Source: a virus
Length of the DNA: 64,000 nt
Direction: 5' to 3' (one strand)
IMG/VR virus record: IMGVR_UViG_3300034166_000560
Positions 53,647-62,801 of this stretch are shown here, one piece after another. The notes below the pieces were generated by a model. It saw only the letters and a program-made list of their open reading frames with translations, searched no databases and had not been told where the DNA came from. Within the stretch, counting starts at the first letter, position 1. Each line of letters begins with the position of its first letter. The position numbers and the translations under genes were made by a program.

Positions 53647-53847
53647 TTAGGATAGATTAATCTTACTATATTCTTCCACAAAAGTCAACACTGATTTTAG
53701 ATCAGAGAAGATAAACTTTTTATTCTGCCACCGATCGTCGTGATCGTTGCCAGAGACCTCCACCATCCAACCGTTCTCATAACGATTGAGTGTGATACCC
53801 TCTGAAACATTCATGAATACTTCTGAAAGTTTAATATTCGTAGCCAT
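53647..53847 (-). CDS. hypothetical protein
   Basis: 66-aa ORF, RYENGWMVEV. Confidence 0.6.
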   Translation of the reverse strand: MATNIKLSEVFMNVSEGITLNRYENGWMVEVSGNDHDDRWQNKKFIFSDLKSVLTFVEEYSKINLS

Positions 53848-53855
53848 CTATTTAG

Positions 53856-54287
53856 TCATCCTCTTCGAGATTTTGATCCAACAGTAGTAAGATCTACGTC
53901 TGGACCAGCATACTGCAGACCGCCCTTGTTATAGAGCGGCATAACTAGACTAGCCTTCTTCAGAATTTCCTTCTGAACATGCTCTGGTTCTTTATGAAGG
54001 TTGGTCATGATGTCCCGTTTAGCACAGGCAGACTTAGAACCTGACAAACCTGAGGAAACGTAACCCTCACGATCAACCTTCATATCCTCAGTATACTTCT
54101 TTTTCCAGTTTTTGTCAACACCTTTTTTCAACTTTATCTGATCGGGATGAAGACCCTTCGATAACAACCACCTATCGTGGTCAGAGACTAGCTTAGTCTT
54201 AGCCTTACTCTTACGGTTGAGCTTACGTTTACTAACAGTCGTGGTATAATAAGCAGGTAAGATATGCATAGACATAGAAATCTCCAA
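53856..54287 (-). CDS. conserved hypothetical protein
   Basis: PLYNKGGLQY motif. Confidence 0.65.
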   Translation of the reverse strand: MEISMSMHILPAYYTTTVSKRKLNRKSKAKTKLVSDHDRWLLSKGLHPDQIKLKKGVDKNWKKKYTEDMKVDREGYVSSGLSGSKSACAKRDIMTNLHKEPEHVQKEILKKASLVMPLYNKGGLQYAGPDVDLTTVGSKSRRG

Positions 54288-54319
54288 TCGAATTTCTATT
54301 CTACTACAAAATTAGAAAA

Positions 54320-55048
54320 TTACAATCTTTCAAACAAGAAAAAAGATTGTCCTAATTGGTATCGAAAAACGTTTATTTGTTTGAATTTCCAAAGCCCATC
54401 GCAACTTTTTTCAATATCCGAAATCTTTGTATAATATGGTGGTCTGTTATAATATGTTGTTCTTGAGAAATAGTTCTCTTCTGAAAACTCAAAAGGTTTA
54501 GATGTATCAAAAGAATCTTCAACGATCCAAAAAGATATAATGATTTTAGATTTTTCGTTAAAGCTATTATAAGAATCTTTCAAAAACATTTTTAATTTTT
54601 CTATAGGCAAAAAAGTGAAAACCGAATTTGCCAGAGCCATGTCAAATTTTATATCGAAATTGTTGATATGAAAATTATCAGTAGCTAAAAAATTGTTTTC
54701 TGTTATTTTATCTATTAAACCTTTTTTATATAACTCGTTGTTCACACCTATTATTAGAGATTTTTTATTTACGTCTATTCCATAATATTTAAACGGATCT
54801 AAAAAATTTATTATGTGAGATCCTGCCCTCATATACCCGCAGCCAATCTCCAAAAAATTCATATCTTTTTTCAGGCCATTATCTATCAACATATTTAATT
54901 GTTTTTCGCCATCTAAATCCCAATGGTTCCCCATTTCATTTCTATATTGATCGCCGAATAATTCTTTTTCATATATCTGTTCGTCAAAAACATAATATTT
55001 GTTATATGTTTTCGATTTGTCATCGAACGATTCTTTTATTTTTATCAC
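54320..55048 (-). CDS. class I SAM-dependent methyltransferase
   Basis: FLEIGCGYMRAG, YYGID, FDMALANSVFTFL; visibly AT-rich. Confidence 0.8.
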   Translation of the reverse strand: MIKIKESFDDKSKTYNKYYVFDEQIYEKELFGDQYRNEMGNHWDLDGEKQLNMLIDNGLKKDMNFLEIGCGYMRAGSHIINFLDPFKYYGIDVNKKSLIIGVNNELYKKGLIDKITENNFLATDNFHINNFDIKFDMALANSVFTFLPIEKLKMFLKDSYNSFNEKSKIIISFWIVEDSFDTSKPFEFSEENYFSRTTYYNRPPYYTKISDIEKSCDGLWKFKQINVFRYQLGQSFFLFERL

Positions 55049-55254
55049 GTCAATATTTCTATGATCTGTTTTAATTTTTCAACAGCTGGTTTATATTCTT
55101 CGTCGAGAATTTTTCTCGCATGACGATGATTTTCGTATTCTAATTCTTTAAGATATTTAAATCTAGAATCGACAACAGCCTCTATCACTAACGGAAGTAG
55201 ATCCGACATTTTCACAAATGTTTCGCCGTTGCTGAATACTTTGTCACTCATCAA
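55045..55254 (-). CDS. hypothetical protein
   Basis: 69-aa ORF. Confidence 0.5.
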   Translation of the reverse strand: MMSDKVFSNGETFVKMSDLLPLVIEAVVDSRFKYLKELEYENHRHARKILDEEYKPAVEKLKQIIEILT

Positions 55255-55582
55255 CCTCTTCCTTCAAGTTCTCTACGACAATATATTCTGCTTCTTTACT
55301 TATCTGCATATGCTCGTCGAGAATATCCCTGACTTTAATAAGACGATCTTCAATATCAGTAATGGTATTGTGAACCGCCTTATCATTATGACCTTCTTGA
55401 AGATCGATCAAAGCAGCATTTAAATTTAAATCAGCAGAGTAATCCACTTGCCATTTATGAAACTCTCCGCCTTCATCCATATCTTCCATAAGTTTACATG
55501 GAGGAAATAGAATCTGTTTAATTTGCTCGAGCTTTTCTTCTGCCGGAGTGTTTGGTCTTTTCTCAATTTTAAACGGCCACAT
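55244..55582 (-). CDS. hypothetical protein
   Basis: 112-aa ORF downstream of regA. Confidence 0.6.
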   Translation of the reverse strand: MWPFKIEKRPNTPAEEKLEQIKQILFPPCKLMEDMDEGGEFHKWQVDYSADLNLNAALIDLQEGHNDKAVHNTITDIEDRLIKVRDILDEHMQISKEAEYIVVENLKEEVDE

Positions 55583-55598
55583 AATATAATCCCTTCAA

Positions 55599-56000
55599 TT
55601 ACTTTTTCTTACGACCCATGTTATACTTGGCTTCTAGAGTCCAATCATGCTTTTCTTTATGATTGATAATCTTAATCTGACTCATCGATGCTTGTGGTTC
55701 GCCTATGCGATCTGGTTCTACTACTTTAAGTAGTCCCCAGTCCTGTAGTAACATGGCAATTTTATTACGACGACCTTTATCTTCTTCTGAGAAGTCTGAT
55801 GGTTTACCGTCGATCAAAAACATTTCCTTAAAGTGCACAATGTAATATCTACCTTGCTTATGAAAAATATGACAAGATTGATATAGTTTTCTTTCCTTGC
55901 GAGAAGCGACACCAATACGAGTGAGCGTCTCTTTAATCTTCAAGAAGTCTTCTTCTTCTGCAATTTTGACTTCTACAAGAGAGTCTAAGAGTTCGTTCAT
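55599..56000 (-). CDS. regA: translational repressor RegA
   Basis: DFLKIKETLTRIGVAS..LYQSCHI..YYIVHFKEMF. Confidence 0.95.
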   Translation of the reverse strand: MNELLDSLVEVKIAEEEDFLKIKETLTRIGVASRKERKLYQSCHIFHKQGRYYIVHFKEMFLIDGKPSDFSEEDKGRRNKIAMLLQDWGLLKVVEPDRIGEPQASMSQIKIINHKEKHDWTLEAKYNMGRKKK

Positions 56001-56494
56001 TTCATTCCACCTTTTTCTTGTTTTTTCTTTATTTCATTAATTTGCGCCTCCGTTAAAACTTTCAATGCTTCTTTTGCACGGATTGCGTTATATTTATAAT
56101 GGGTGGAAATAAGGTCTATTAGTGCTTCTTTCTTCTCTCTGGCTTTCTTTTCTTCCTTGGTTTCTGCTTTTGACCAACGTTTTGTTTTACGAATACTATT
56201 ATACAAGTAGTCATAATGCATTTGATCTGTTACGCCATAATGACAATTCATTTCATTGGTGTAAAATATTAACTCCTTGTAATTAGAAAGTATGTTATTG
56301 GTTCTCCATTGACTATAATCACCGTCAAGTTCGACCTTCTTCCCACTCGTAATTGAATTTTCATAACGCCAATCATACCTCGGTTTGGGTTGCTTCTGTT
56401 CCTCTGCCCATTTGGCCCAATTACCAAAGAATCCTACTGCTTCTTTCTCGAAATCTCTTTCTTCTCCCAATACGTTGACGAACTTCTTAGACAT
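55997..56494 (-). CDS. 62: clamp loader small subunit (gp62)
   Basis: NEMN..MHYDYLYNSIRK..W; lies between gp44 and regA. Confidence 0.85.
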   Translation of the reverse strand: MSKKFVNVLGEERDFEKEAVGFFGNWAKWAEEQKQPKPRYDWRYENSITSGKKVELDGDYSQWRTNNILSNYKELIFYTNEMNCHYGVTDQMHYDYLYNSIRKTKRWSKAETKEEKKAREKKEALIDLISTHYKYNAIRAKEALKVLTEAQINEIKKKQEKGGMK

Positions 56495-57432
56495 TACACA
56501 AACTCGCAGTTGATCATTATTTCAACTAAGAATGCTACGAAGTTAATTTCTGGATTGGCAGCGAAAGCGTTCTGATACTGATACTTGGCAAGATTAAGCA
56601 CAAGAACAGGCGCTGTATTCTTTGAACAAATATCAGAAGAGATCTCATAGAACTGATTATAGAGAGCATTAACATCTGTATCGATGTTGTTCTTCGCCCA
56701 CTTACGGATCTCAGTATAGTTCTGTTCCTTTAGAAGCCCAACCAATTCCTTGATTGAAGTTTCTTGAAGGTTTACAAGAATACCAGAATCAATCTTACCT
56801 GTTGCTGAATAACGCTGAAGCTCGTTAAGAACACGACGCCAATCTGGGAAGTGCTTATTGATTACTTCGGCAACAACCTTCTGATCGAATTCAATGCCTT
56901 CTGATTCTAGAATAAAAGTAACACGCTTGAAGAACTGCGTGGCAAGTTTAGCAATAGCTTTCTTGCTGATCTTAAAATCAATTACCGAGCATCTGGAATG
57001 GAGAGGGTCAATGATGCGGTTTTTAAAATTACAGGTGAGAATGAAGCCGCAATTCCTCGAGAATTCCTCCATAAAATTTCGAAGTGCGGGTTGAGTAGAA
57101 TTGGCATTAAGATAATCCGCTTCGTCAAGGATGACATATTTCCTTCCACCTGAAAGAGATACGCTGCTGGCAAAGTTAAGGATTTCGTTTCTGAGTGTGT
57201 CGATGTTTCCATTCATAGATCCATTAATTACGATATAATCACAACCCAATTGTTCAAGCATGGCACGTGCAACAGTTGTCTTACCAACACCTGCTGTACC
57301 AGACAAAATCAAATTGGGGATATTCTTTTGATCAACAAACTGTTGGAATGTTGCTTTCAAGTCACATGGAAGAATAGTATCTTCGATAGTTTTTGGACGA
57401 TACTTTTCAACCCAAAGAAATTCTTCGTTCAT
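56494..57432 (-). CDS. 44: clamp loader large subunit (gp44)
   Basis: WVEKYRP, GTAGVGKT, DEAD, LHSRC, PDWRR. Confidence 0.95.
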   Translation of the reverse strand: MNEEFLWVEKYRPKTIEDTILPCDLKATFQQFVDQKNIPNLILSGTAGVGKTTVARAMLEQLGCDYIVINGSMNGNIDTLRNEILNFASSVSLSGGRKYVILDEADYLNANSTQPALRNFMEEFSRNCGFILTCNFKNRIIDPLHSRCSVIDFKISKKAIAKLATQFFKRVTFILESEGIEFDQKVVAEVINKHFPDWRRVLNELQRYSATGKIDSGILVNLQETSIKELVGLLKEQNYTEIRKWAKNNIDTDVNALYNQFYEISSDICSKNTAPVLVLNLAKYQYQNAFAANPEINFVAFLVEIMINCEFV

Positions 57433-57722
57433 TACTTTACCTCTTCACAAAACATAACAATAGTATTACCAGAAACATTTCTCGGAGCGCCCATATAACC
57501 ATTATGTTCGTCCCAACAAATCACGCACTGCTTTCTAACTTGATTTTCGTATTTTCTTTTACTCTTTGATTCAAGATAGAATTCTGATTTTAATTTCAAT
57601 TTCCCACAAGTGACACATCTCAACTTTACAACTTCTTTAGTTCCAAAGATAGTCGTGGTAGCTAGATCATCAGCAGTCTTTCTAGTAACAACGCCGTTCT
57701 TTGGGCGTTTTGGCATTTTCAT
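57432..57722 (-). CDS. zinc-finger hypothetical protein
   Basis: CVTC..EFY..CVIC. Confidence 0.55.
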   Translation of the reverse strand: MKMPKRPKNGVVTRKTADDLATTTIFGTKEVVKLRCVTCGKLKLKSEFYLESKSKRKYENQVRKQCVICWDEHNGYMGAPRNVSGNTIVMFCEEVK

Positions 57723-57741
57723 AATATAACTCCATCATATC

Positions 57742-57766
57742 AAAAAGAGGGGAGCCGAAGCTCCCC
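57742..57766 (-). terminator. intrinsic terminator with a UUCG loop
   Basis: GGGGAGC-TTCG-GCTCCCC followed by TCTTTTT. Confidence 0.85.
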
Positions 57767-57773
57767 ATTCAAA

Positions 57774-58427
57774 TTAGAATGTTGAGTGCTGCTCAACTGC
57801 AATAAAGTATTCCACGTCCTTACCAATGAACTTAGAAATACCTCGTGCTGAAATGGTGACCTCATAATCACCAGGAAGAATCTTAATGTTCTCAAACTTA
57901 AAGACTGCGTTAAAAGTCTTTGTAGTTTCTCCAATTGGTAGAGAAAACTCATTACCTGGATTCTTTGAGTTAGCTGCCTTTAGGAAAACAGTCTTGCCGT
58001 CACCAGCAACAACGATTTCTGGCAGACTCAAAACACCAGCAGCCTTCTCGACCTTATTAAGATCTTCGTTCTTTAGAGTAAAGGTAACATCCGTTGATGG
58101 AATGTTAATATCCTTCTCTGGAGCCTTAGTGATTGTGCTCTCGTCAGCAAGAAGGAACTTGCCCTGTTCCGAAGAAGAGTCCTTCATATAAACAAAAGTC
58201 TCATCGATTTCTAGATCTGGGTCATTGTATAGACTCAGGCTAGAAAGGAACTGGTTAAGATCATAGATGGCAAACTTCTTAGTAAACTCTGTCGGAACAG
58301 TAGCCTTTGCCATAATGGTCTTATTTGGGGAAATGGTCTTAAGAACATTACCCTGCTGAACAACAATCGAAGGATTAATCTTTGAGAAGTTCTTCAAAAC
58401 ATTTACTGTATTAGTATCAATCTTCAT
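57774..58427 (-). CDS. 45: sliding clamp (gp45)
   Basis: LKNFSKINPSI, FAIYDLNQFL, ENIKILPGDYEV, YFIAVE. Confidence 0.95.
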   Translation of the reverse strand: MKIDTNTVNVLKNFSKINPSIVVQQGNVLKTISPNKTIMAKATVPTEFTKKFAIYDLNQFLSSLSLYNDPDLEIDETFVYMKDSSSEQGKFLLADESTITKAPEKDINIPSTDVTFTLKNEDLNKVEKAAGVLSLPEIVVAGDGKTVFLKAANSKNPGNEFSLPIGETTKTFNAVFKFENIKILPGDYEVTISARGISKFIGKDVEYFIAVEQHSTF

Positions 58428-58441
58428 TATATAATCTCCAC

Positions 58442-59308
58442 TTACTTCTTTTTGCCTTTGTCTTTATACTTACCAAGTGCACCTGGATCGGCGGTCGCAG
58501 AAGCACCAACTGAAGCAAGATCAGCCAACGAACCACCAAAGATATAGGTGCCTACGTGCTGCATCTTCATCCATGGACAGAACCATGTACGCAGTCCAAT
58601 TTCCTGAGCCTTCTGACAGAACCAATAATCTTCTGAAAGATAACGCTTAGACTTAGGATCGATCTCTGCCTGAAAGAACATCATGATTTCACGAGTGCCA
58701 TCAAAGTGTTCAGTACGGACATGATCTGGTTTATAATTATATTCTGGATAAGAATCGACAAACTTCTGCATTGCCTTCTTAGAAACCATCATGAAGCCAG
58801 TTCCAATTTCAAGAACTTCTACTGGTTCGCTAAGAGGAATAGACTGCTGCCCACCCTTTGGATTGAAGACATAATCGCCAACGAACTTTTCAAGGACGTT
58901 TGGATCTTCGTCAGCAACACCCTTATCAACAGCGTGCTTAACCTTTTCCCAAGAAATACACTTCTTTGGATATGGTCCGCCAATGATGTCATACTTATCT
59001 TCTTCCTGAACCTGAAGAGCCATAAGCGCAATGACGTCCTGTGGATTGAATCCGATGTCAGCATCAATAAACATCATGTGCTGCATATTGGAACGCATAA
59101 ACTCGTCACAACAATAGTTACGTGCACGAGGAATTAGTGATTCATTAAACAAATAATAAAACTGTAGAGGAATACCATACTGTGTGCACAAAGCAGACAA
59201 GTCAGCTGACGACTTTGCGAACATACCTGCACACTGTCCACCATACATTGGCGTGGCGACGAATAGACCACGCTCTCTCAATTTTTCAATAGGGATCTGA
59301 ATTTCCAT
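58442..59308 (-). CDS. GT-A fold glycosyltransferase-like protein
   Basis: VATPMYGG, NESLIPRARN, FIDAD (DxD), GTGFMM, YLSEDYWFC. Confidence 0.8.
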   Translation of the reverse strand: MEIQIPIEKLRERGLFVATPMYGGQCAGMFAKSSADLSALCTQYGIPLQFYYLFNESLIPRARNYCCDEFMRSNMQHMMFIDADIGFNPQDVIALMALQVQEEDKYDIIGGPYPKKCISWEKVKHAVDKGVADEDPNVLEKFVGDYVFNPKGGQQSIPLSEPVEVLEIGTGFMMVSKKAMQKFVDSYPEYNYKPDHVRTEHFDGTREIMMFFQAEIDPKSKRYLSEDYWFCQKAQEIGLRTWFCPWMKMQHVGTYIFGGSLADLASVGASATADPGALGKYKDKGKKK

Positions 59309-59320
59309 TATATACCTTTC

Positions 59321-59530
59321 TTATGCTACTATAAAACTTTTAAACTTACAAGTATTACAATGAACTGCTTTTTGTGGAGGAAGCGAAGTTGTTACTACTG
59401 AGGGATTTGTATCTTGTAATTCATCTCCACAATGAGGACAAGCAATGCCTGTTCCTAGATTAATAAAATGAGACATATATTCTCTATGTCTACGCTCGTT
59501 ATGATCATGAAAATCTTTCAATTCTTTCAT
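59321..59530 (-). CDS. zinc-ribbon small protein
   Basis: CPHC..CNTC. Confidence 0.55.
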   Translation of the reverse strand: MKELKDFHDHNERRHREYMSHFINLGTGIACPHCGDELQDTNPSVVTTSLPPQKAVHCNTCKFKSFIVA

Positions 59531-59970
59531 TTCTTATCCTTATAATGATCGTTGTATAACATCATAAGAGTGTAATGAAGAACCTTCATAAGATCTGCTT
59601 TGTTGCTACCGTTCTTCTTACCGTAGCGCCAGAGATACTTAATAGCTGTGTTTCGGAAGGTAGGCATAGAATCACCGAGGGCGAGCCACACGTCGAAACA
59701 TTCTATATTTTGCTCTTCAGTCATATAATGTTGCCCATATGTCTTGTCGATATAGGCGTGGAAGTCACGAATAATTTCGTCTTCCTTATATTTATATTTA
59801 GGCGGCCAAGTTGAAGCAATTGGCGGATCCATGCTCATTCCAACATAAGGATCTTCTTGTCGCTTTGAACCAACAGCACCAGTAGGACCAGTTGCACCAA
59901 TTGCCTGCGCTGACGCAGAAAGCGGTTGACCATAATAATCGCCATTCTCAAATCTATAAGTTTTGGTCAT
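59527..59970 (-). CDS. DUF3310-like protein
   Basis: QHY..IECFD..AIKYLWRYGKK..DLMKVLHY. Confidence 0.75.
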   Translation of the reverse strand: MTKTYRFENGDYYGQPLSASAQAIGATGPTGAVGSKRQEDPYVGMSMDPPIASTWPPKYKYKEDEIIRDFHAYIDKTYGQHYMTEEQNIECFDVWLALGDSMPTFRNTAIKYLWRYGKKNGSNKADLMKVLHYTLMMLYNDHYKDKK

Positions 59971-60506
59971 GAGTTCTCCAATTTATTCATAATATCTTCA
60001 ATAATAAATTTCTGATCGTCTTTGTTATTATTTTTATATCTATTAGTGTTAAACATCAGAGTCATGTTTGTCATAATATTAGCAATCTTAGTTTCACGAC
60101 CCTGCAACCAAGTTTCGTTCTGATTGCTACCACGTTCCTTGTATCGCTCTTGGCGAACTTCCTTATCAGTTTCTAGATAAATGATTTCAGTATCGTAATT
60201 CTCAACACAATGTTCTAGGAACGTTGACGTGAAAAGACGATCGCCTTCGAAAAGAACGACCGCATCTTTATCTAAACTTGCTAGGAATTTAATTGCTTCT
60301 GGCTGAACCGCCATTGACATACGGTCTGTACCCGAGAAGGTTTCGCCTTCGTCATACTTACCAAGAATATAATATTTTCCATACTGAAGATAGGGAACGA
60401 GCTTCACGCTATCATAAATCTTAGACCAAACAAACTTAGTAAGAATTTCTTTCATTAACGTAGACTTGCCAGCACCTGGCTCACCACCAATCGCAATCAC
60501 TTTCAT
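59967..60506 (-). CDS. P-loop nucleotide kinase (DNA-modification associated)
   Basis: GGEPGAGKST, GTDRMS, FEGDRL, RYKERGS. Confidence 0.75.
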   Translation of the reverse strand: MKVIAIGGEPGAGKSTLMKEILTKFVWSKIYDSVKLVPYLQYGKYYILGKYDEGETFSGTDRMSMAVQPEAIKFLASLDKDAVVLFEGDRLFTSTFLEHCVENYDTEIIYLETDKEVRQERYKERGSNQNETWLQGRETKIANIMTNMTLMFNTNRYKNNNKDDQKFIIEDIMNKLENS

Positions 60507-61483
60507 TACATAAACCTTTCAATACCGACACTCTCAGGTTCAACAAACAAACCTGTGCAATCTAGAACGCCATTCTCAATATATAAAGCCATTTTACTAT
60601 TGTCAATCTTGTTTGTCAACAGTTTATTATTTAGAGTTTCATTTCGAGCGTCCCACATTGGTTGCCAATCAATACCATCCCAGCCATCCTTTTCACATTG
60701 AGCAATTTCTTCTGCCTGACGATCAAGATAGTAACTCAGGTAACGACCATGTTTTACTCTGAATAACTTTTTAAAAGAACAAAGACACGTTTCCATATCG
60801 AAATAATCAGTGTCAGGAAATTCCTCTTGAACTTCTTTTAGAATATAATATGCCTGACCGTCCAAATAGTTTATCTGTTTGGCATTTAGTTTTTGATCAT
60901 ACCATTGATCTAATCCAACAGCGAGGCATAAACCGTTACGATGAGAACGAGAACCTGAATGATCTTCTAGCATTAGATTACCAGGTTCAATAGGCAGATC
61001 ACAACACTGTTTTAATGTTTGTAAATAGAACCAAGTAGAATATCTACCGAACTTATGGAACTTGGTTTTCACTTCATCCCATAGCATATCAAAGTTTTCT
61101 CTTGGCGTTCCAGTAAGAAACGGACGAAACGCTTCTATCTGGGAACGATCTCCAACCCAGTTCTTATACGATTCAAACTGCGCAGGTAAATGTCCTTTGT
61201 TCCATTTAGTGTCTGTTTGATAACGTAGGCGTTTATAATTCTTATTGTTCCAATCCTTTAGGCGATCAAGACCAACAAGTTCCATATCAGGAAACTCATT
61301 CCATATCACCCATGTTGTTGGAAAATAATACGTTGTGCCGTAGATCCAAGCAATCCAGAGTTTTTGTTCTCTGTTATGCTCAAATCTTTTGAAAAGATAA
61401 TTGGTCATGAATATCGCCGGATCGCAATCCTTAATGGAAAGTGACCACTTATACCAATTAATAAAGTCTTGTTTAACTTTCAA
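60506..61483 (-). CDS. amino acid:DNA transferase-like protein (aGPT-PPlase clade 2)
   Basis: LRYQTDTK, HKFGRYSTWFYLQ, SHRNGL, METCLCSFKK. Confidence 0.7.
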   Translation of the reverse strand: MKVKQDFINWYKWSLSIKDCDPAIFMTNYLFKRFEHNREQKLWIAWIYGTTYYFPTTWVIWNEFPDMELVGLDRLKDWNNKNYKRLRYQTDTKWNKGHLPAQFESYKNWVGDRSQIEAFRPFLTGTPRENFDMLWDEVKTKFHKFGRYSTWFYLQTLKQCCDLPIEPGNLMLEDHSGSRSHRNGLCLAVGLDQWYDQKLNAKQINYLDGQAYYILKEVQEEFPDTDYFDMETCLCSFKKLFRVKHGRYLSYYLDRQAEEIAQCEKDGWDGIDWQPMWDARNETLNNKLLTNKIDNSKMALYIENGVLDCTGLFVEPESVGIERFM

Positions 61484-62121
61484 CTCAAGAAACTTTCAAG
61501 GGACGAATTGTTATATAATGCAGAGCGCAACCAATACTTTCCAACAGAATTTATTGCTTCTTCTACCTTTGTTTTCTTTTTTGTGCCAAAATTATGATTC
61601 TCTAAACCTTCAGAAAGAAATTGTTCGATGACTTTTTCTGGTGGCAACACCTGAGTAGGGTTATTAACTCCATACTGTTGATATTCTAATTGCTCTTTTC
61701 TTGTAGGAAATAATTTTTGATCAGAACGAAGAGAACCAGTAGGATCAACAGCCCAAAATAAAAGACCATTTCTCATATGCCATGTAACAGAAGAAGGCGT
61801 GCAAGATATCTTTAATCTATCAGAACGTTTTTCTTTGACTGCGTATGAGATATATTCTTCCCAAATCTTGGAAGCGTAACCCTTACCTTCTTTACCTTGG
61901 ACAGTTACAATCTCATACAGGTTAGTATATCCAGAACGATTGTATGTTGCAAAGATAATAGAAACTATTTCATTATCTACTTCAAGAGCAACAGGCGGTG
62001 CTTTATCGTAGTTCTTAAACCTGAACCATAGTGAATGTGCAGCTTTTAAAAAGTTTGTGTTTCTACCTTCTGGAGACTTTTCAATTATACCATTAACTTG
62101 ATCTGCTGTTAAAAATATCAC
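61480..62121 (-). CDS. GNAT-like acetyltransferase
   Basis: NLYEIVTVQGKEGKGYAS resembles the acetyl-CoA-binding motif A. Confidence 0.55.
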   Translation of the reverse strand: MIFLTADQVNGIIEKSPEGRNTNFLKAAHSLWFRFKNYDKAPPVALEVDNEIVSIIFATYNRSGYTNLYEIVTVQGKEGKGYASKIWEEYISYAVKEKRSDRLKISCTPSSVTWHMRNGLLFWAVDPTGSLRSDQKLFPTRKEQLEYQQYGVNNPTQVLPPEKVIEQFLSEGLENHNFGTKKKTKVEEAINSVGKYWLRSALYNNSSLESFLS

Positions 62122-62801
62122 TGTAAGTCCTCGATTGATGGAAACTCATACCTATTATAGCTTATAACTTTGAAATTATCAATAATGAAATGTTCAAACA
62201 TAGGAGCAGCTACTTGAATATCTAATCCGCTTCTTTTTAGAATATCTGCTGTTGATGCAAATATAATACCATTTGCTCCATAAGAATAATGCAATGGTCT
62301 GGCTTCGTTACGGAAAGCAGTAATTACTTTATCTTTATCAAGAGTGCAAACCGACATGCTTGCAGGATGGAACTTATGTAAAGGGAGTTCGCCTTTCTCT
62401 AAACAACGAAGAATAAGTTCGCTATCATTCTTTGTGATAACATCATAACCAAATGTTTCTTTCCATTGTTCTGGATTCTCCTGAGAGATAACTCCATTAT
62501 GAACAATAGAAAGTTCTTCGGTTGCCATTGGTTGATTGTAAGCAAGATCGCTAGTTGAGTAACGAACATGACCAATACAATATAGATTGCCATCTTCATT
62601 AACCCAACTAGGAATATCTTGATTGTTTATGAATGTGCAAGCATTAACAGGTTCTTTAATAGTGTGAACCTTGCCATCTTTGACATATGATACACCAGTG
62701 GCATGTTTACCACGGATCATTGACTGAACAAAAAGCCGACGAACAAGTTCGAATTCCTGCTCGCTCGGCTTCTTGATCGCTATTCCTAGCACTCCGCACA
62801 T
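62118..62801 (-). CDS. class II glutamine amidotransferase / Ntn-hydrolase domain protein
   Basis: N-terminal MCG, RGKHATG, GHVRYST, NQP, HNGVI, NDSE, RPL. Confidence 0.85.
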   Translation of the reverse strand: MCGVLGIAIKKPSEQEFELVRRLFVQSMIRGKHATGVSYVKDGKVHTIKEPVNACTFINNQDIPSWVNEDGNLYCIGHVRYSTSDLAYNQPMATEELSIVHNGVISQENPEQWKETFGYDVITKNDSELILRCLEKGELPLHKFHPASMSVCTLDKDKVITAFRNEARPLHYSYGANGIIFASTADILKRSGLDIQVAAPMFEHFIIDNFKVISYNRYEFPSIEDLQ